From: an uncultured Lentisphaerales bacterium
Lineage (GTDB): Bacteria > Verrucomicrobiota > Lentisphaeria > JABSQK01 > UBA12247
NCBI GenBank assembly: GCA_943788985.1
Contig: CALSSJ010000018.1
Location: forward strand, 32,001 to 96,000
Length of the DNA stretch: 64,000 nucleotides
Reading direction: 5' to 3'
Of this stretch, positions 11,362 through 21,699 are shown piece by piece (positions within the stretch are counted from its first letter, which is position 1; every line of letters begins with the position of its first letter). Both the position numbers and the translations under genes were made by a program. The notes beneath the pieces were generated by a model. It ran no database searches. It was not told the origin of the DNA and saw nothing but the letters and a program-made list of their open reading frames with translations.

Positions 11362-11507
11362 GTGTAAGCAGCTCCGGGGCCGGACCAGCCTTGATCACGC
11401 TTTCGCCCTGGTTCCTTGATTACACCTCCCGATCCGCGCAATGCCGACGCATTGGGGAAAAAAGAAATTTCCCACAAGGCAGTGAATTCCTCTACTAGGA
11501 GATTGTT

Positions 11508-13064
11508 ATGAAATCACTTTTGGCTATCGCTCTCTGCATGGTGCAGCTGACTCTGCTGGCGGCAGAGTCGCCGCCGCGCAACTTCGTCTTCATACTCGCC
11601 GATGATCTCGGCATCAACGACATGGGCGTCGAAGGCAGTACCTTCCATGAGACACCGCATATTGACCGGCTGGCCAAGAATGCCGCTCGTTTCAGCAATG
11701 GCTACTCCACCTGTCAGGTCTGCAGTCCTTCGCGCGCCAGCATCATGCTCGGCACCTACCCGGCGCGCAACGGCATTACCGATTGGATTGGCGCCGCCAC
11801 CGGCGAGCGTTGGAAGCGCAATGATCGTGTATTGCCTGCGGCCAACGGCACCAGGCTTCCGGCCGAAGCCATCACCATGGCTGAAGCGCTGAAAGTCGGT
11901 GGTTACAGGACCTTCTTTGCCGGCAAATGGCATTTGGGCGGCAAAGGTTCCTTTCCCGAGGACAATGGTTTCGATGTCAATATCGGCGGTCATCATCGCG
12001 GGTCCCCACCAGGTGGCTATTTTTCGCCTTACAATAATCCCAAAATGAAGGATGGCCCCGTCGGCGAATGCCTGCCGATACGCCTGGCCGAGGAAACGGC
12101 GTCCTTCCTCGAAAACAACGGCGACACACCATTCTTTGCCATGCTCTCTTTCTACTCTGTACATGGTCCCATTCAGACCAAGAAAAAATTGTGGGAGAAG
12201 TACTGTGCCAAGGCTAAGGCGGCCGGGCTCACTCCCGATCGCTTCAAATTTGATCGCACCAAAGCGGTTCGTCAGGTGCAGGACAACCCCGTCTACGCCG
12301 GCATGATGGAATCCATGGACGATGCCGTCGGCATCGTCTTGAACAAGCTGAAGGAACTTGGGCTCGACAAGAATACCGTGATCATCTTCACCTCCGATAA
12401 CGGCGGTGTTTCCTCGGGCGATGCCTTTGCGACATCCTGTCGGCCGCTGCGCGGGGGCAAGGGACGTCAGTGGGAAGGCGGTATTCGCCAGCCGTATTAC
12501 ATATCCGTTCCCGGTCTCGCTGATGACGGATGCTTCATTGCAACGCCAGTGACCGGCACCGACTTCTACCCCACCATTCTCGACCTAGCGGGATTGCCCT
12601 TGCGTCCCGAAGAGCATGTCGATGGCGTCAGCCTACTACCGTTGCTTCAGGGCAAAGCAATCAAGGAGCGCGATCTGTTTTGGCATTATCCGCATTATGG
12701 CAATCAGGGGGGCGAGCCCTGCGCCATCATTCGTTCCGGTGACTGGAAGCTGATTCACTACTTCGAAGACCGCCACAACGAGCTCTATCAGATAAGCGAC
12801 GACCTCTCGGAGCAGCGGGATCTAAGTGCGCAAAAGCCAGAAGTGACGGCAACCCTTGCCACCAAGCTACAGGCCTGGCTCAAGCAAACAGGGGCGCTCA
12901 TTCCTCAACAGGATGCCCGCTTCAATGCAGTTAAAAAGAAAACTCAGTTGGAAGCCGCCCGCGGTAGCCAGCTTCAGGGCCTGGAGAAAACCCATGAGCG
13001 CTACCTCGCCCCCGACTATCAATCCCCCAGCCGCGGCAACGGCTTCATTTCCGGCCGGGACTGA
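11508..13064 (+). CDS. Sulfatase (S1 family), secreted
   Basis: NFVFILADDLG, CSPSR, GKWHLG, TSDNGG and WHYPHYGNQGG, plus a signal peptide. Confidence 0.95.
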   Translation: MKSLLAIALCMVQLTLLAAESPPRNFVFILADDLGINDMGVEGSTFHETPHIDRLAKNAARFSNGYSTCQVCSPSRASIMLGTYPARNGITDWIGAATGERWKRNDRVLPAANGTRLPAEAITMAEALKVGGYRTFFAGKWHLGGKGSFPEDNGFDVNIGGHHRGSPPGGYFSPYNNPKMKDGPVGECLPIRLAEETASFLENNGDTPFFAMLSFYSVHGPIQTKKKLWEKYCAKAKAAGLTPDRFKFDRTKAVRQVQDNPVYAGMMESMDDAVGIVLNKLKELGLDKNTVIIFTSDNGGVSSGDAFATSCRPLRGGKGRQWEGGIRQPYYISVPGLADDGCFIATPVTGTDFYPTILDLAGLPLRPEEHVDGVSLLPLLQGKAIKERDLFWHYPHYGNQGGEPCAIIRSGDWKLIHYFEDRHNELYQISDDLSEQRDLSAQKPEVTATLATKLQAWLKQTGALIPQQDARFNAVKKKTQLEAARGSQLQGLEKTHERYLAPDYQSPSRGNGFISGRD

Positions 13065-13082
13065 TCGAATGCGCAGCCTTGA

Positions 13083-13118
13083 TGACGCTTTGCTCCAGCT
13101 CCAGTAGGGCTGGCTCTG
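13083..13118. repeat. Left copy of a 36-bp inverted repeat
   Basis: TGACGCTTTGCTCCAGCTCCAGTAGGGCTGGCTCTG is 34/36 identical to the reverse complement of 13953-13988. Confidence 0.85.
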
Positions 13119-13129
13119 TGTTGCCTTCG

Positions 13130-13760
13130 CTATTCGGCGTTGTCTGAAACGTGCACGAATTCGCCGTATCGGCCAACGACGTATATTGCTGAATGAGGGT
13201 TGTCGTACTCGCCATCAGAACGATAGGAAAGCTTGTGAGAATGAAAAGGAATGGGCCCAGTAATCTGCATTTGGGCACGCCATCTTTCCCCGTCTGGCCA
13301 GAGCGTGTACGAGAATTCTGGATGGCAGCCCGCACCCGTTTGGATAATCACCTCGCCTCGCTCCGACACGATGGCTTGCAGGTTGACCGGAAAATGCCCG
13401 CGGCTTTCCCGGTATTCACGAATTGCGGCGACCAAGACTTCGCCATTCTCTGCAATTGCCGGAAATGCCTGCCTTCTGGCGGTGCCGATCGCAGCCAAGC
13501 GAACGACCAGAACAAGAATCGCGAAGAGAACGCATGGCCCAATTGGCAGTCCCTTTTCTGCCGGCTGATCTCATAATAAGGCTTGCGACAACCACTGCTA
13601 CGGCCAGCAAAAAGCTAAAGCCAAGTACCAGGTCAACCGCAAGTCCCGCAAAGGAAAAGGTGAAATCCCCAGACCAGATGTATTGCCAATTACAGAGCTG
13701 GCCAGCTAATGGGAGGACGAGCGACAGAGTGACGACGGCTGCGTAGAATTGCGCAACTCG
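13130..13760 (-). pseudogene. Frameshifted hypothetical membrane protein inside the inverted repeats
   Basis: Hydrophobic segments at 13500-13750 join by a frameshift to ...VLVAAIREYRESRGHFPVNLQAIV..., a pseudopilin-G-like helix motif. Confidence 0.4.
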
Positions 13761-13952
13761 AAAACCAGTGTTGGTGGGATAAAGAGCCGTCCTTCGCAGT
13801 GGAATCTGCTATTCATTGCCTACGCCCTTATCCCGATTATGCTGTGTCCATCAGCCTTCATCAGTGGTTGGCATCGAAATCGGGAGCGCTATCGAGAGGC
13901 GCAGCCCAGCCCTATTTCAGCGCCGCAAAAGAATTTGGCAGACCGCCGCAGG

Positions 13953-13988
13953 CAGAGCCAGGCCTACTGGAGCTGGAGCGAAGCGTCA
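13953..13988. repeat. Right copy of the 36-bp inverted repeat; a third diverged copy lies at 14034-14068
   Basis: CAGAGCCAGGCCTACTGGAGCTGGAGCGAAGCGTCA. The third copy AGAGCCGAACCAACTGGATTCGGAGCGCAGCGTCA matches 27/35. Confidence 0.8.
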
Positions 13989-14143
13989 AAAAAGGCAGGC
14001 AGAAAAATGAAAGGCAGGCCATCCCATATGGATAGAGCCGAACCAACTGGATTCGGAGCGCAGCGTCAAACATCCTACTACGGCACCCCACAGTTTAATT
14101 TTTCTGCCTCATAATCTTTCTGCCCCTTGTGGTCAGTAATTGA

Positions 14144-14452
14144 TTATTGGCGGTTCTCAGCGGCCCCCTGGCGATCGCGCCAGTTCTCCGGATTGCGGGC
14201 CGCGTGTAGGACCCCCAGGATGAGCACTTCGTCATCACGTGGGTCGTAGAGTATGAAATAGGGGAAACGATTTATGTTGCACCGGCGGGCCCGAGACGAG
14301 ATACGGGGCTAGGCTGTTGGGAATTGGTCGATCCGCCGAGCGCCCCGCTTAACTTCCTCAGCGAATTCGTGACCGAGGCCCTCTCGCTGCTCGTTGTAGT
14401 AGACGATGGCCTCTGCGAACTCTTCCTCGGCAACCGCCAGAAAGCGAATCAT
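14144..14452 (-). pseudogene. RelE/ParE-family toxin with an internal TAG
   Basis: MIRFLAVAEEEFAEAIVYYNEQREGLGHEF...FPTA*PRI...RFPYFILY...VLILGVLHAARNPENW. The TAG is at 14309-14311, and the start overlaps the antitoxin stop (TGATG). Confidence 0.85.
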
Positions 14453-14676
14453 CAGCCGATTTCCAACCGCGCGTAGACATCCTCAGCCGTCGATGCCTGG
14501 ATCTCACCGCGTTCGTAGGCATCAATTCGTGCTTCCGCCTCGGTGGCCCAAGCAGCTGCCAGAGCGGGGTCTCGCGGGCTCTCGAAACTTGCAAAAAGGC
14601 GATCGATAAGCTGAGCCCGATCCGCTGGTCGCAACGAAAGCGCTCGATCAAGTACAGCTTCTGCTTCTGTAGTCAT
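14452..14676 (-). CDS. Addiction-module antitoxin (TIGR02574-like)
   Basis: ALSLRPADRAQLIDRLFASF...AAWATEAEARIDAYERGE. AGGAG RBS, with a TTGCAA-16-TAAATT promoter-like motif upstream. Confidence 0.85.
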   Translation of the reverse strand: MTTEAEAVLDRALSLRPADRAQLIDRLFASFESPRDPALAAAWATEAEARIDAYERGEIQASTAEDVYARLEIG

Positions 14677-15111
14677 AGGTTATGCTCCTGATAGTCACGC
14701 ACCTAATTGAAAATTTAGTCTCCAGCCGAGCGATTGCAAGGTGCACCTGTGGCCATCAGGGCTCGGTGGTTCGACAGCGCGGCGGTCTCTCTTTTTGCCT
14801 CCTCGCCAGAATTCATGGGTTGGCTTGAGGCTGATTACCCTCGAAATGTTGTGGCAGCGAAATGTGTCGCCTTGATTCTTTAGCTGCTGAGGGGGCTGGG
14901 GAACCTCCCCAGGCTCAAATAATGGTTCAATTCATTGCTCAGGAAACCAGCATCCTTCAAGGCGACCCACAGATTCTGGAGAAGAGCCCTCTTTTTTCAT
15001 TGTGAGGATTCAGTAGCGATCTTAAAGCTGCGCCGAGACGCGGAGACATTTCCGAGCCGTGGGTGCAACTTGGCAGCAGCGATATGCAGCTCAATACGCG
15101 TGGGGGCGTCT

Positions 15112-15516
15112 TCAATTTGAACGATCTCGGTAGTGGCCTGTGACACGGGCCCCGGGCGAAGGCGGCGTGAGCACGCGGTCCAGCGATCTCGGTATCTGGT
15201 GTCTGGCCCTCTGCCAGCACAAAGTCACCAGAACGAGAAAGCCGCGCAGTAGATTGTGAAAAAAACTGACTCGGACCAATCCTTTCCTCTTTGCGTTCTT
15301 TCCCCGGCCACCTTTTCTGGATTGCTTCTCTCTTTCCCTGGCTTGAATCGCTTGAGGCGCTCTTCTTGTCGGGGCATCCACTCTTCTCGGATGTGGCGAC
15401 TCGCGGCATAGTCCCCTAAAGACGAGCGTCCCGATGACCAACGCGGCGATCGCGAGCACGTTAAGCGTCATTGACACCCACCTGAGAAGTCTGAGTTTTC
15501 GTATTGTCTTCTTCAT
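15112..15516 (-). CDS. Hypothetical membrane-anchored protein, possibly degraded
   Basis: ORF with an N-terminal basic stretch and a transmembrane segment. No family recognised. Confidence 0.3.
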   Translation of the reverse strand: MKKTIRKLRLLRWVSMTLNVLAIAALVIGTLVFRGLCRESPHPRRVDAPTRRAPQAIQAREREKQSRKGGRGKNAKRKGLVRVSFFHNLLRGFLVLVTLCWQRARHQIPRSLDRVLTPPSPGARVTGHYRDRSN

Positions 15517-16050
15517 TGAGATGTCCCGATCACTGGACCCCGCCGGTATTAGCCGATGGGAAGTCGATCAGGATCGACCCAATGGCCTTGATAGCACAGG
15601 CAAGTCGCGCCTCAGAGCGCAGCGTCTGCAGTTTGCCGCGAATGTCCCAAATCTCACTAGCCAGGTAATCGAACTTGGCCCTTGTCTCTTCAGCTTGCGT
15701 CATAGGTGCGAGTTACTCTCAGGTCTCCCGCTTGGCGGGAGCTCTGCCACGTTAGCGTTTCGTTGCGGTTTAGCAGAACTGCCCATAGTGCGGGGCCCCT
15801 TGCAGCGTTGGTATGTATGGCCAATCAGATTTGGACGAGAGGGCTTGCCCTCGCAGCGTCGACCTCTTCTTCGGTCAGGTATAGGCCCCCAAGATCGTTG
15901 CCACCGTTGACTGCATAGAAGCGCACCGGCGCCTCACCAAGTTGTGCATTGATTATCGCGAAGAGAACGTAGGTAGCCCTCCCCCAGCTAGCTCAGTCAG
16001 ACCTTGCGCAATTCGATTAACCATGAGTGCGTATTCATTCATTTAATGTC

Positions 16051-16129
16051 ATCGAACGTTTAATCTTCACCCGACGAGGCGGCGCGCGTCAGCGCGCTCG
16101 CCGAGTTCGGGTGTAAGGCTTGGTTCGCT
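16051..16129 (-). mobile_element. Integron attC site (79 bp)
   Basis: Minus strand: AGCGAAC-CAAGC-CTTACACC...GCGCGC-TGAC-GCGCGC...GGTGAAG-ATTAAAC-GTTCGAT. L'' equals revcomp L' plus one extrahelical base, and the central stem is long. Confidence 0.8.
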
Positions 16130-16201
16130 TTTCGGCCTGGGGGATTCACCGCTCGAAGGTGAGGATTCGACAGTAGCAAGGCATCAACATGCGCTCGAGC
16201 T

Positions 16202-16411
16202 CTATCGGCAATGAGGGATTTGTATTAGCTCTATCACTGTACCTTCAGGGAAAGATCTCCCTAGGTGCATGAGCAGAAGACCAGGCGTTACCAATGCGAT
16301 GCACATTGCGATCGTACCAGGATTAAGCATCGCTTTGGTCCAGGCATATGCCCAAACTCTGCGCCGTGCAGATTTTCGCACTTCATTCAAGATGTAATCA
16401 GGGTATTTCAT
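16202..16411 (-). CDS. Integron cassette hypothetical membrane protein
   Basis: The ATG is 7 bp after the R' core of the upstream attC, and the ORF lies between two attC sites. One transmembrane segment. Confidence 0.5.
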   Translation of the reverse strand: MKYPDYILNEVRKSARRRVWAYAWTKAMLNPGTIAMCIALVTPGLLLMHLGRSFPEGTVIELIQIPHCR

Positions 16412-16418
16412 ATTTCCG

Positions 16419-16466
16419 AGCGAACGCTCAGCTCTGCCCCTTGTGGGCAGCAGCTGATTGTTCGAA
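16419..16466 (-). mobile_element. Very short attC-like site (48 bp)
   Basis: Minus strand: TTCGAAC-AATCA-GCTGCTGC-CCACAAGGG-GCAGAGC-TGAGC-GTTCGCT, with one extrahelical base in L''. Confidence 0.65.
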
Positions 16467-16989
16467 TTTGATTCGTCGTCGGCAGTCCTCGATCGCCTTG
16501 TCAGTCTACTCTCTCGCGCGTGTGTTCAGTTCAGGCTCGCCCCGGGTCAGTAGGTCCTCCAGATCGCGCGGATGCGTAAGCGCGTTCCAGGCGGCCCTTA
16601 CCACCGGATCATTGGAGTTCCACGGTGGCGTCGCCAACCGCTGGAGAACGCTTTCGCCTTCCTTGACGGCGGAGCAGGGGGCCCCGGGACAGGTCATTCC
16701 ATAATTGCTGGATTCTTTGCATTGGCGGTGTCCTGGCAGTTGGAGTCAGCGCTGGGCGAACGCCCGCGCTCAGCGGGGTGGCCCTTGGGCCATCTGGTGG
16801 CGTGCGTGGTTTATTTTGCTGTTCATATCGGAAAGGTGCGTGTTTCGCAGGTTGCCGTCAAGCCTGACGGCTGGATTTCGGGCGGTTGGCTCGGGCTCGC
16901 CGATTGCCGCGGATTCGGGGGGATTGACTGCAACTTGCGGTATCCGCAATATTGGGCGCGCGCGAGTCGGAAATCAGGATGATGGATAT

Positions 16990-17383
16990 CGGATGTCCCC
17001 AAGCCGCAACTGGATGGTGCCCCACGATGGAAAACACCCTGTGTCTGGATACATTGACAAGGGCCCTGGCCACTGGATGGTGCCCGCAGATCATGAACAG
17101 CGACCAAGGCAGTCAGTACACCAGCGCCGCCTGGATCAAGCGCGTTCAAGGGGCGGGCGTTCTTGTCAGCATGGATGGAAAGGGACGTTGGATCGACAAT
17201 GTCCGCATCGAAAGGCTTTGGCGCAGTGTCAAGTATGAAGACATTTACCTCAAGGCGTACGCAACACCGCGTGAATTGGGCAAAGGCCTCGCAGACTGGT
17301 TTGAGCGCTACAACAACCCCCGCCCGCATTCTGCACTCGACTATCGGACACCGAGACAATTCTACACTGAGGAAACTGCAATG
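16990..17383 (+). mobile_element. IS3-family transposase fragment (C-terminal part of the DDE/integrase core)
   Basis: IMNSDQGSQYTS...SMDGKGRWIDNVRIERLWRSVKYEDIYLKAY...YNNPRPHSALDYRTP. The N-terminal half is absent. Confidence 0.9.
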
Positions 17384-17859
17384 AGCACTTTGCGCTGGCT
17401 GCGGCCTTCGGCCGCCATAGGGCTTCGCCCCAAACCCCAAGGTTTTCAAGGCATGGCGGCAACTCTTCAATGTTGCCACCTTGGGAGAAAAGTGGGGGGA
17501 GGCTGGCGACTCCCCCACGGTGCCGACATTGCGTCGTTACCGCTCCGGCTATCCCTCGGCAAGTTGCTCCTCAGCAGAGCTCGCTTCCGTTTCTCCGGAA
17601 CCCACACCGTACACCAAACCCCGTCATTGCAACCGGATAGGAAGGAACTACCGTACCACTCAGCGACCCGCGATTCAATAAGAATTACCGCCACCTGGCT
17701 CCGGCAACGGCACCACCTCTTGCCCCCTTTTATGGCCGCTGTTTTTGAAATCTGTCGTGCGGTAAGGTGTCCAGGCAGGATTACCACAGGTGCCGTTTCG
17801 CTCCGGCCGAAGACGGCCTACGCGAAGCGACCTCATCAACTCAACTGCTGTCTTGACTC

Positions 17860-19760
17860 ACTCTAAATACAATACACTAAATTAAACATAGATCTGAGAT
17901 CACCTTAGGTAGGTTTTAACAACTGGGTGGGATATCCCCAACGAATTATGGAATAACCATTTAGGAAATATGCTATGAGTACTTACAAAAACCCTCAGTG
18001 AGAAAATGTTCTGTTTTGCGGGAAAAAAACTTAATCGATCGAAGAATGAGATTTGTGATCAAATGGAGTGCATCCCCAATTTAGAGGTGCTACTTGATGA
18101 ATATAAGCAAGTAGCTGCTTATTTGCAGGATAAATCAGGCGAAATGGAGAATGACTTTCGGGCACTTGTTCAGTGTCGATTGAAGTTCGAAAAAAAAAGC
18201 CGCACTTCACCGGGCTTGATAGCTGTGTTTTTGTCCTACCTCTTGATGCCTTTCTGTTTGGGTGCTTCTTTCATCAACTTTTTTACCAAAGGTACGCAGC
18301 GTGTCTATGATGAGGCATGTAAGTTATTCGAAGGTTTGAATGAGGAAAGCAGTTGTGAATACAGATATATGCACTAACGAGAGTCTTTATGTTTCAATAA
18401 TTAAGTATCTTGATCCTGACTTGAGGAAGTTAATAGCTCCAAGGTGGGATAAGGTTTTAGAAAAAAAAGAGTGCTGGGCTGGATGGGAGTACTCCAAGTC
18501 GCGATATTACCAACATGGCCGTTCTCAGTTGCTTACTTAACGGTGCTGTCGATGTTTTGTTTTTTCAGTGGCGGATGTTGTCTACGCATGCTTTCCATCC
18601 TGGCCTTGTGCCATCGGAGTCCATCATTGCAGCTATGCAGATGATCCCATTCGCACCATCTGAATCGATGTTTTATGGGCTTCTGGTCTTAACGTTACCA
18701 TACTTCTTTGGGGGTTCCGCTGAGGGGAAGCTGGTCTTTTTATTTTTAGGACCTTCTGCTAGGATTGCTTTTGCTACAAGCCTTACATTGGTTGCCCTTT
18801 TGGTGTAAATGCAGTTTATTGCTTAATTGCTGGCTTATACTTAGTGGCCTTTTTGATTTATCGCAGCGAATCTTCGTCTGACCACCCCGTTCGGAATATG
18901 GGCGTGCCAATCGAAGTGGAATAAAGATCAAATACATATACGGCTCCGAGGATGAAATCTATGGGGAATATTAGCGATGCCCTGGCAGCTGGATTGAAAT
19001 TTTTGGAATGTTGAGATTGAGGATAAAGAGAAATGGATCGAATCCACACGGAACAGTGATATACCGAGGATACAAGATACGATCGAGAAACTGCAAAGTG
19101 AGATTGATATGGAAAATGCCCGGTGGGAAGGTCTGAGTGAGGTTGATAAATTGGCTGAGATTAAAGTGCATGAAGAAATAAAAGACTCTGAGAAATAAGC
19201 AAAAAAATGACGACCTAGTCGCTAAAGAGTTGATGGAGTCTTCTAAACGCCAAGCTGCTGCAGCTGAACGTCAGGCTCAATCCACTGAGAATGCCTTACG
19301 GCCAGCAGGTTTCAGCTGCGCGTGACGCTGCCAGAGCTCAAGAACAGCAAGCCGCTGCGGCAAAAGGATCTGGCTAGAACGCAAGATAAGGCGGCTCGAG
19401 ATCTGGCTGGAACGCAAGAGAAAGCGGCAAATACATGCGTGTATTGTAGAGTCAGTGGTCCAGTTGGGGCCCCCTGTCACAAGAGTCCACACGGACAACA
19501 TCGATTCGGTTAATTTTTGATGCAATTTACTTTCCGGATTTCAGACACTCAGATTTTGCTGCCTTGTTAATGTCTGCCTTAATAGAATCAAACCCTTGTG
19601 GGATCATTGCGGCTAGGCTGAAGTCGCCTATTTTAGCGATGCTCATTGGCGCTATGCCTTTGCGTTTGAGCGATATGTCGGCGATCTGTTTTAATAAGGT
19701 AAGTCTTTTTCTGGGGGTGTATCATTAATTAAAACTCTTTCAAAATCGCTACTGAATTTA
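17860..19760. other. AT-rich island with fragmented ORFs (membrane, coiled-coil and Cys/His tail pieces)
   Basis: Visibly lower GC than the flanks. ORF pieces at 18006-18377, 18340-18540, 18515-18808 and 19322-19513. Confidence 0.6.
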
Positions 19761-19822
19761 TCTGCCGTGGGTTATAGCAGAACAATACGCTTATCACTCT
19801 TCATTGTCGTTGCTGAGTCAGC

Positions 19823-19880
19823 GCTGAACGCCGGCATCTCCCAATGCGCGGAGCGCATTGGGAGAATGCCGTGGCTGGAA
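19823..19880 (-). mobile_element. attC-like site with a mutated R'' (AAC>AGC)
   Basis: Minus strand: TTCCAGC-CACGG-CATTCTCC-CAATGCGC-TCC-GCGCATTG-GGAGATG-CCGGC-GTTCAGC. The core is related to 20937-20995. Confidence 0.65.
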
Positions 19881-20108
19881 TTTTTGCTGTTGGTTGCTGG
19901 CGATGTGCGGACTCCGCAGATTGGCGTCAAGCTTGAGCGCGGACTTTCGGCGATTATTCGCTCGTTCGCCGCCGCTGCCAAGAATGTCAATCTATTTTTG
20001 CGCTGCCCCTTGGTGTTTGCCTATCGTGTCGTGACTTCACATGTTGGTCAAAGCTCCGGAAAATCTGTTTGGGGTCGCGCAATCTCGACTGCTGTTCAAA
20101 ATGCTCTG

Positions 20109-20213
20109 AATGTCCAATTTCCCAACAAGGAATGTCCAATTTCCAATGAAGACAGCGGAGCACGCACTCCCATACCTTGGACATTGGAAATTCCTTGTTG
20201 GCTGTTGGATGTT
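20109..20213. repeat. REP-like inverted repeat built from TCCAAT/ATTGGA units
   Basis: CCAACAAGGAATGTCCAATTTCCAA versus the reverse complement of TTGGACATTGGAAATTCCTTGTTGG (23/25), with a ~30-bp spacer. Confidence 0.7.
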
Positions 20214-20936
20214 TCGGCGGAAGTCGAGATTGCGCGTCGCCATCTTGGCCTTGTGCAAGGTTTTCCGGAGCTTTGGTTGGTACTTCGCCGCCATCGGATG
20301 TTGATCTGTGAAATAGTCCGAAAAACGTGCGCGTTGAGAGAGGAGGGGCAGATTGCCAAAGTGGCCCCGACATTGATCAGAATCTGTCGCCGTAATGAAA
20401 CGCTTGAAGCTTATGGTGCCCGTCAATCACAAAATTTCACCAGCCGCAATCTATGGTTCCCGTGATAGCAATTGGTCGCTGACCGTCATTGATCATTTTT
20501 TCGATAGCGCTCGATTCTTTCGAATTTGAGACTGTCGACCGGCTGAGTATAGACCAGCGTGTGACCAAGTGGGTAGAAGTGATCGCTGTCTTGGTCTGGC
20601 CACCATTTGGAATCGTAGGTGATGAAGTCATAGTCACGGCATTCGGCAACGAAGTGCAGCTGATACTGCCTGGAAACAAATAGCTGCAATAAGGTGTGGA
20701 GCTGCACATGTATCGGCACGTCCGCCCTGAGGTGTCCATCAAGTAAGTGACCGAAGTGAATGCAAGGATTGTTCAAAATTGGATGCCCCGGCACGGGCGA
20801 GATATTGCATTATGCTTCCCTCGCAGTCTGGCCAGTTGAAGGCAATGGGATCCCCCCCAACGAGCAGCATCGAATTAAATTATCCGCCCCGCAGATCGAG
20901 CAGCGAGAACGTATCTGTTAGTGCGAAATCTTCTGG

Positions 20937-20995
20937 ATTCAACGCTATGATCTCCCATTGCGCGTTAGCGCATTGGGAGCATCATCTGGTTCGTT
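20937..20995 (-). mobile_element. Integron attC site (59 bp)
   Basis: Minus strand: AACGAAC-CAGAT-GATGCTCC-CAATGCGC-TAAC-GCGCAATG-GGAGATC-ATAGC-GTTGAAT. R' fits GTTRRRY and L'' has one extrahelical base. Confidence 0.8.
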
Positions 20996-21384
20996 AATTA
21001 CGCAATTCTGCCGGTATTCCACTGACTTCGTTCTGCAAAATCGGGTAAAGACCAAGGCTGTTGTGCTGTCCTCATGCCATGCCTCCTCCTCCCGCCACTC
21101 GACAACCCAGGCACCGTCGGAATCGCCTCTCTGTGTCACTTTTAGGACGGCAACGCTCGCTTGAGCCGAATGCGAAAGCGTTGAGCGCCTCGTCTTCGCA
21201 ATCGAATTCCTCGTGCCAGCCATCAAACCCGACCGTAAATCCTGGGGGGGGGGGACCGTCAACCACTCAGTAAAACCCAGCTTCGGTTGGGCGGGGCCCC
21301 AATGGCGATATGATCGTCGGTTGCCTGATACGACAACTCAGGGGAGTTGGCCAACTTGGCTTCGATCTTCTCGATGGTGGTCAT
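20945..21384 (-). pseudogene. Cassette-like hypothetical protein with frameshifts
   Basis: MTTIEKIEAKLANSPELSY...GFTVGFDGWHEEFDCEDEALNAFAFG...LKVTQRG...EYRQN, spread across three frames and ending inside the attC. Confidence 0.55.
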
Positions 21385-21699
21385 ATCAGTGGCGGAACCA
21401 AGGGGTATCTGGACAGCTGGCAGATGGTGTGCCAGGCGTGCGGTGAAGTTGCTAAAACAGTGAAGTGTAGGTGAGGGAAAGCGGAGGGCGCAAGCAGGGA
21501 TGTTGACGGAGGCCGGGTTCAGGTGTCAGATGTAGCTTGACGACTACCATGCAAGAAAAACTGCGGCGTCAGCCTGGCCCAGTTTCGCCGCCGTTGGTGC
21601 GGGGGGGAAGGGCGGCGGCTGCCAGGAGAATCAAAGAAATGCGGGGGGCCGCACATTTTCTCAGCAGGCAGCTTGCGATGTTCAAGGGTCGACCTGGCG

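Noticed and set aside
14760..14780. GGTTCGA resembling a tRNA T-loop
   Set aside because: No cloverleaf can be built around it.
17384..17866. C-terminal half of the 304-aa ORF 16952..17866
   Set aside because: Read-through beyond the IS3 integrase core into sequence that does not look coding.
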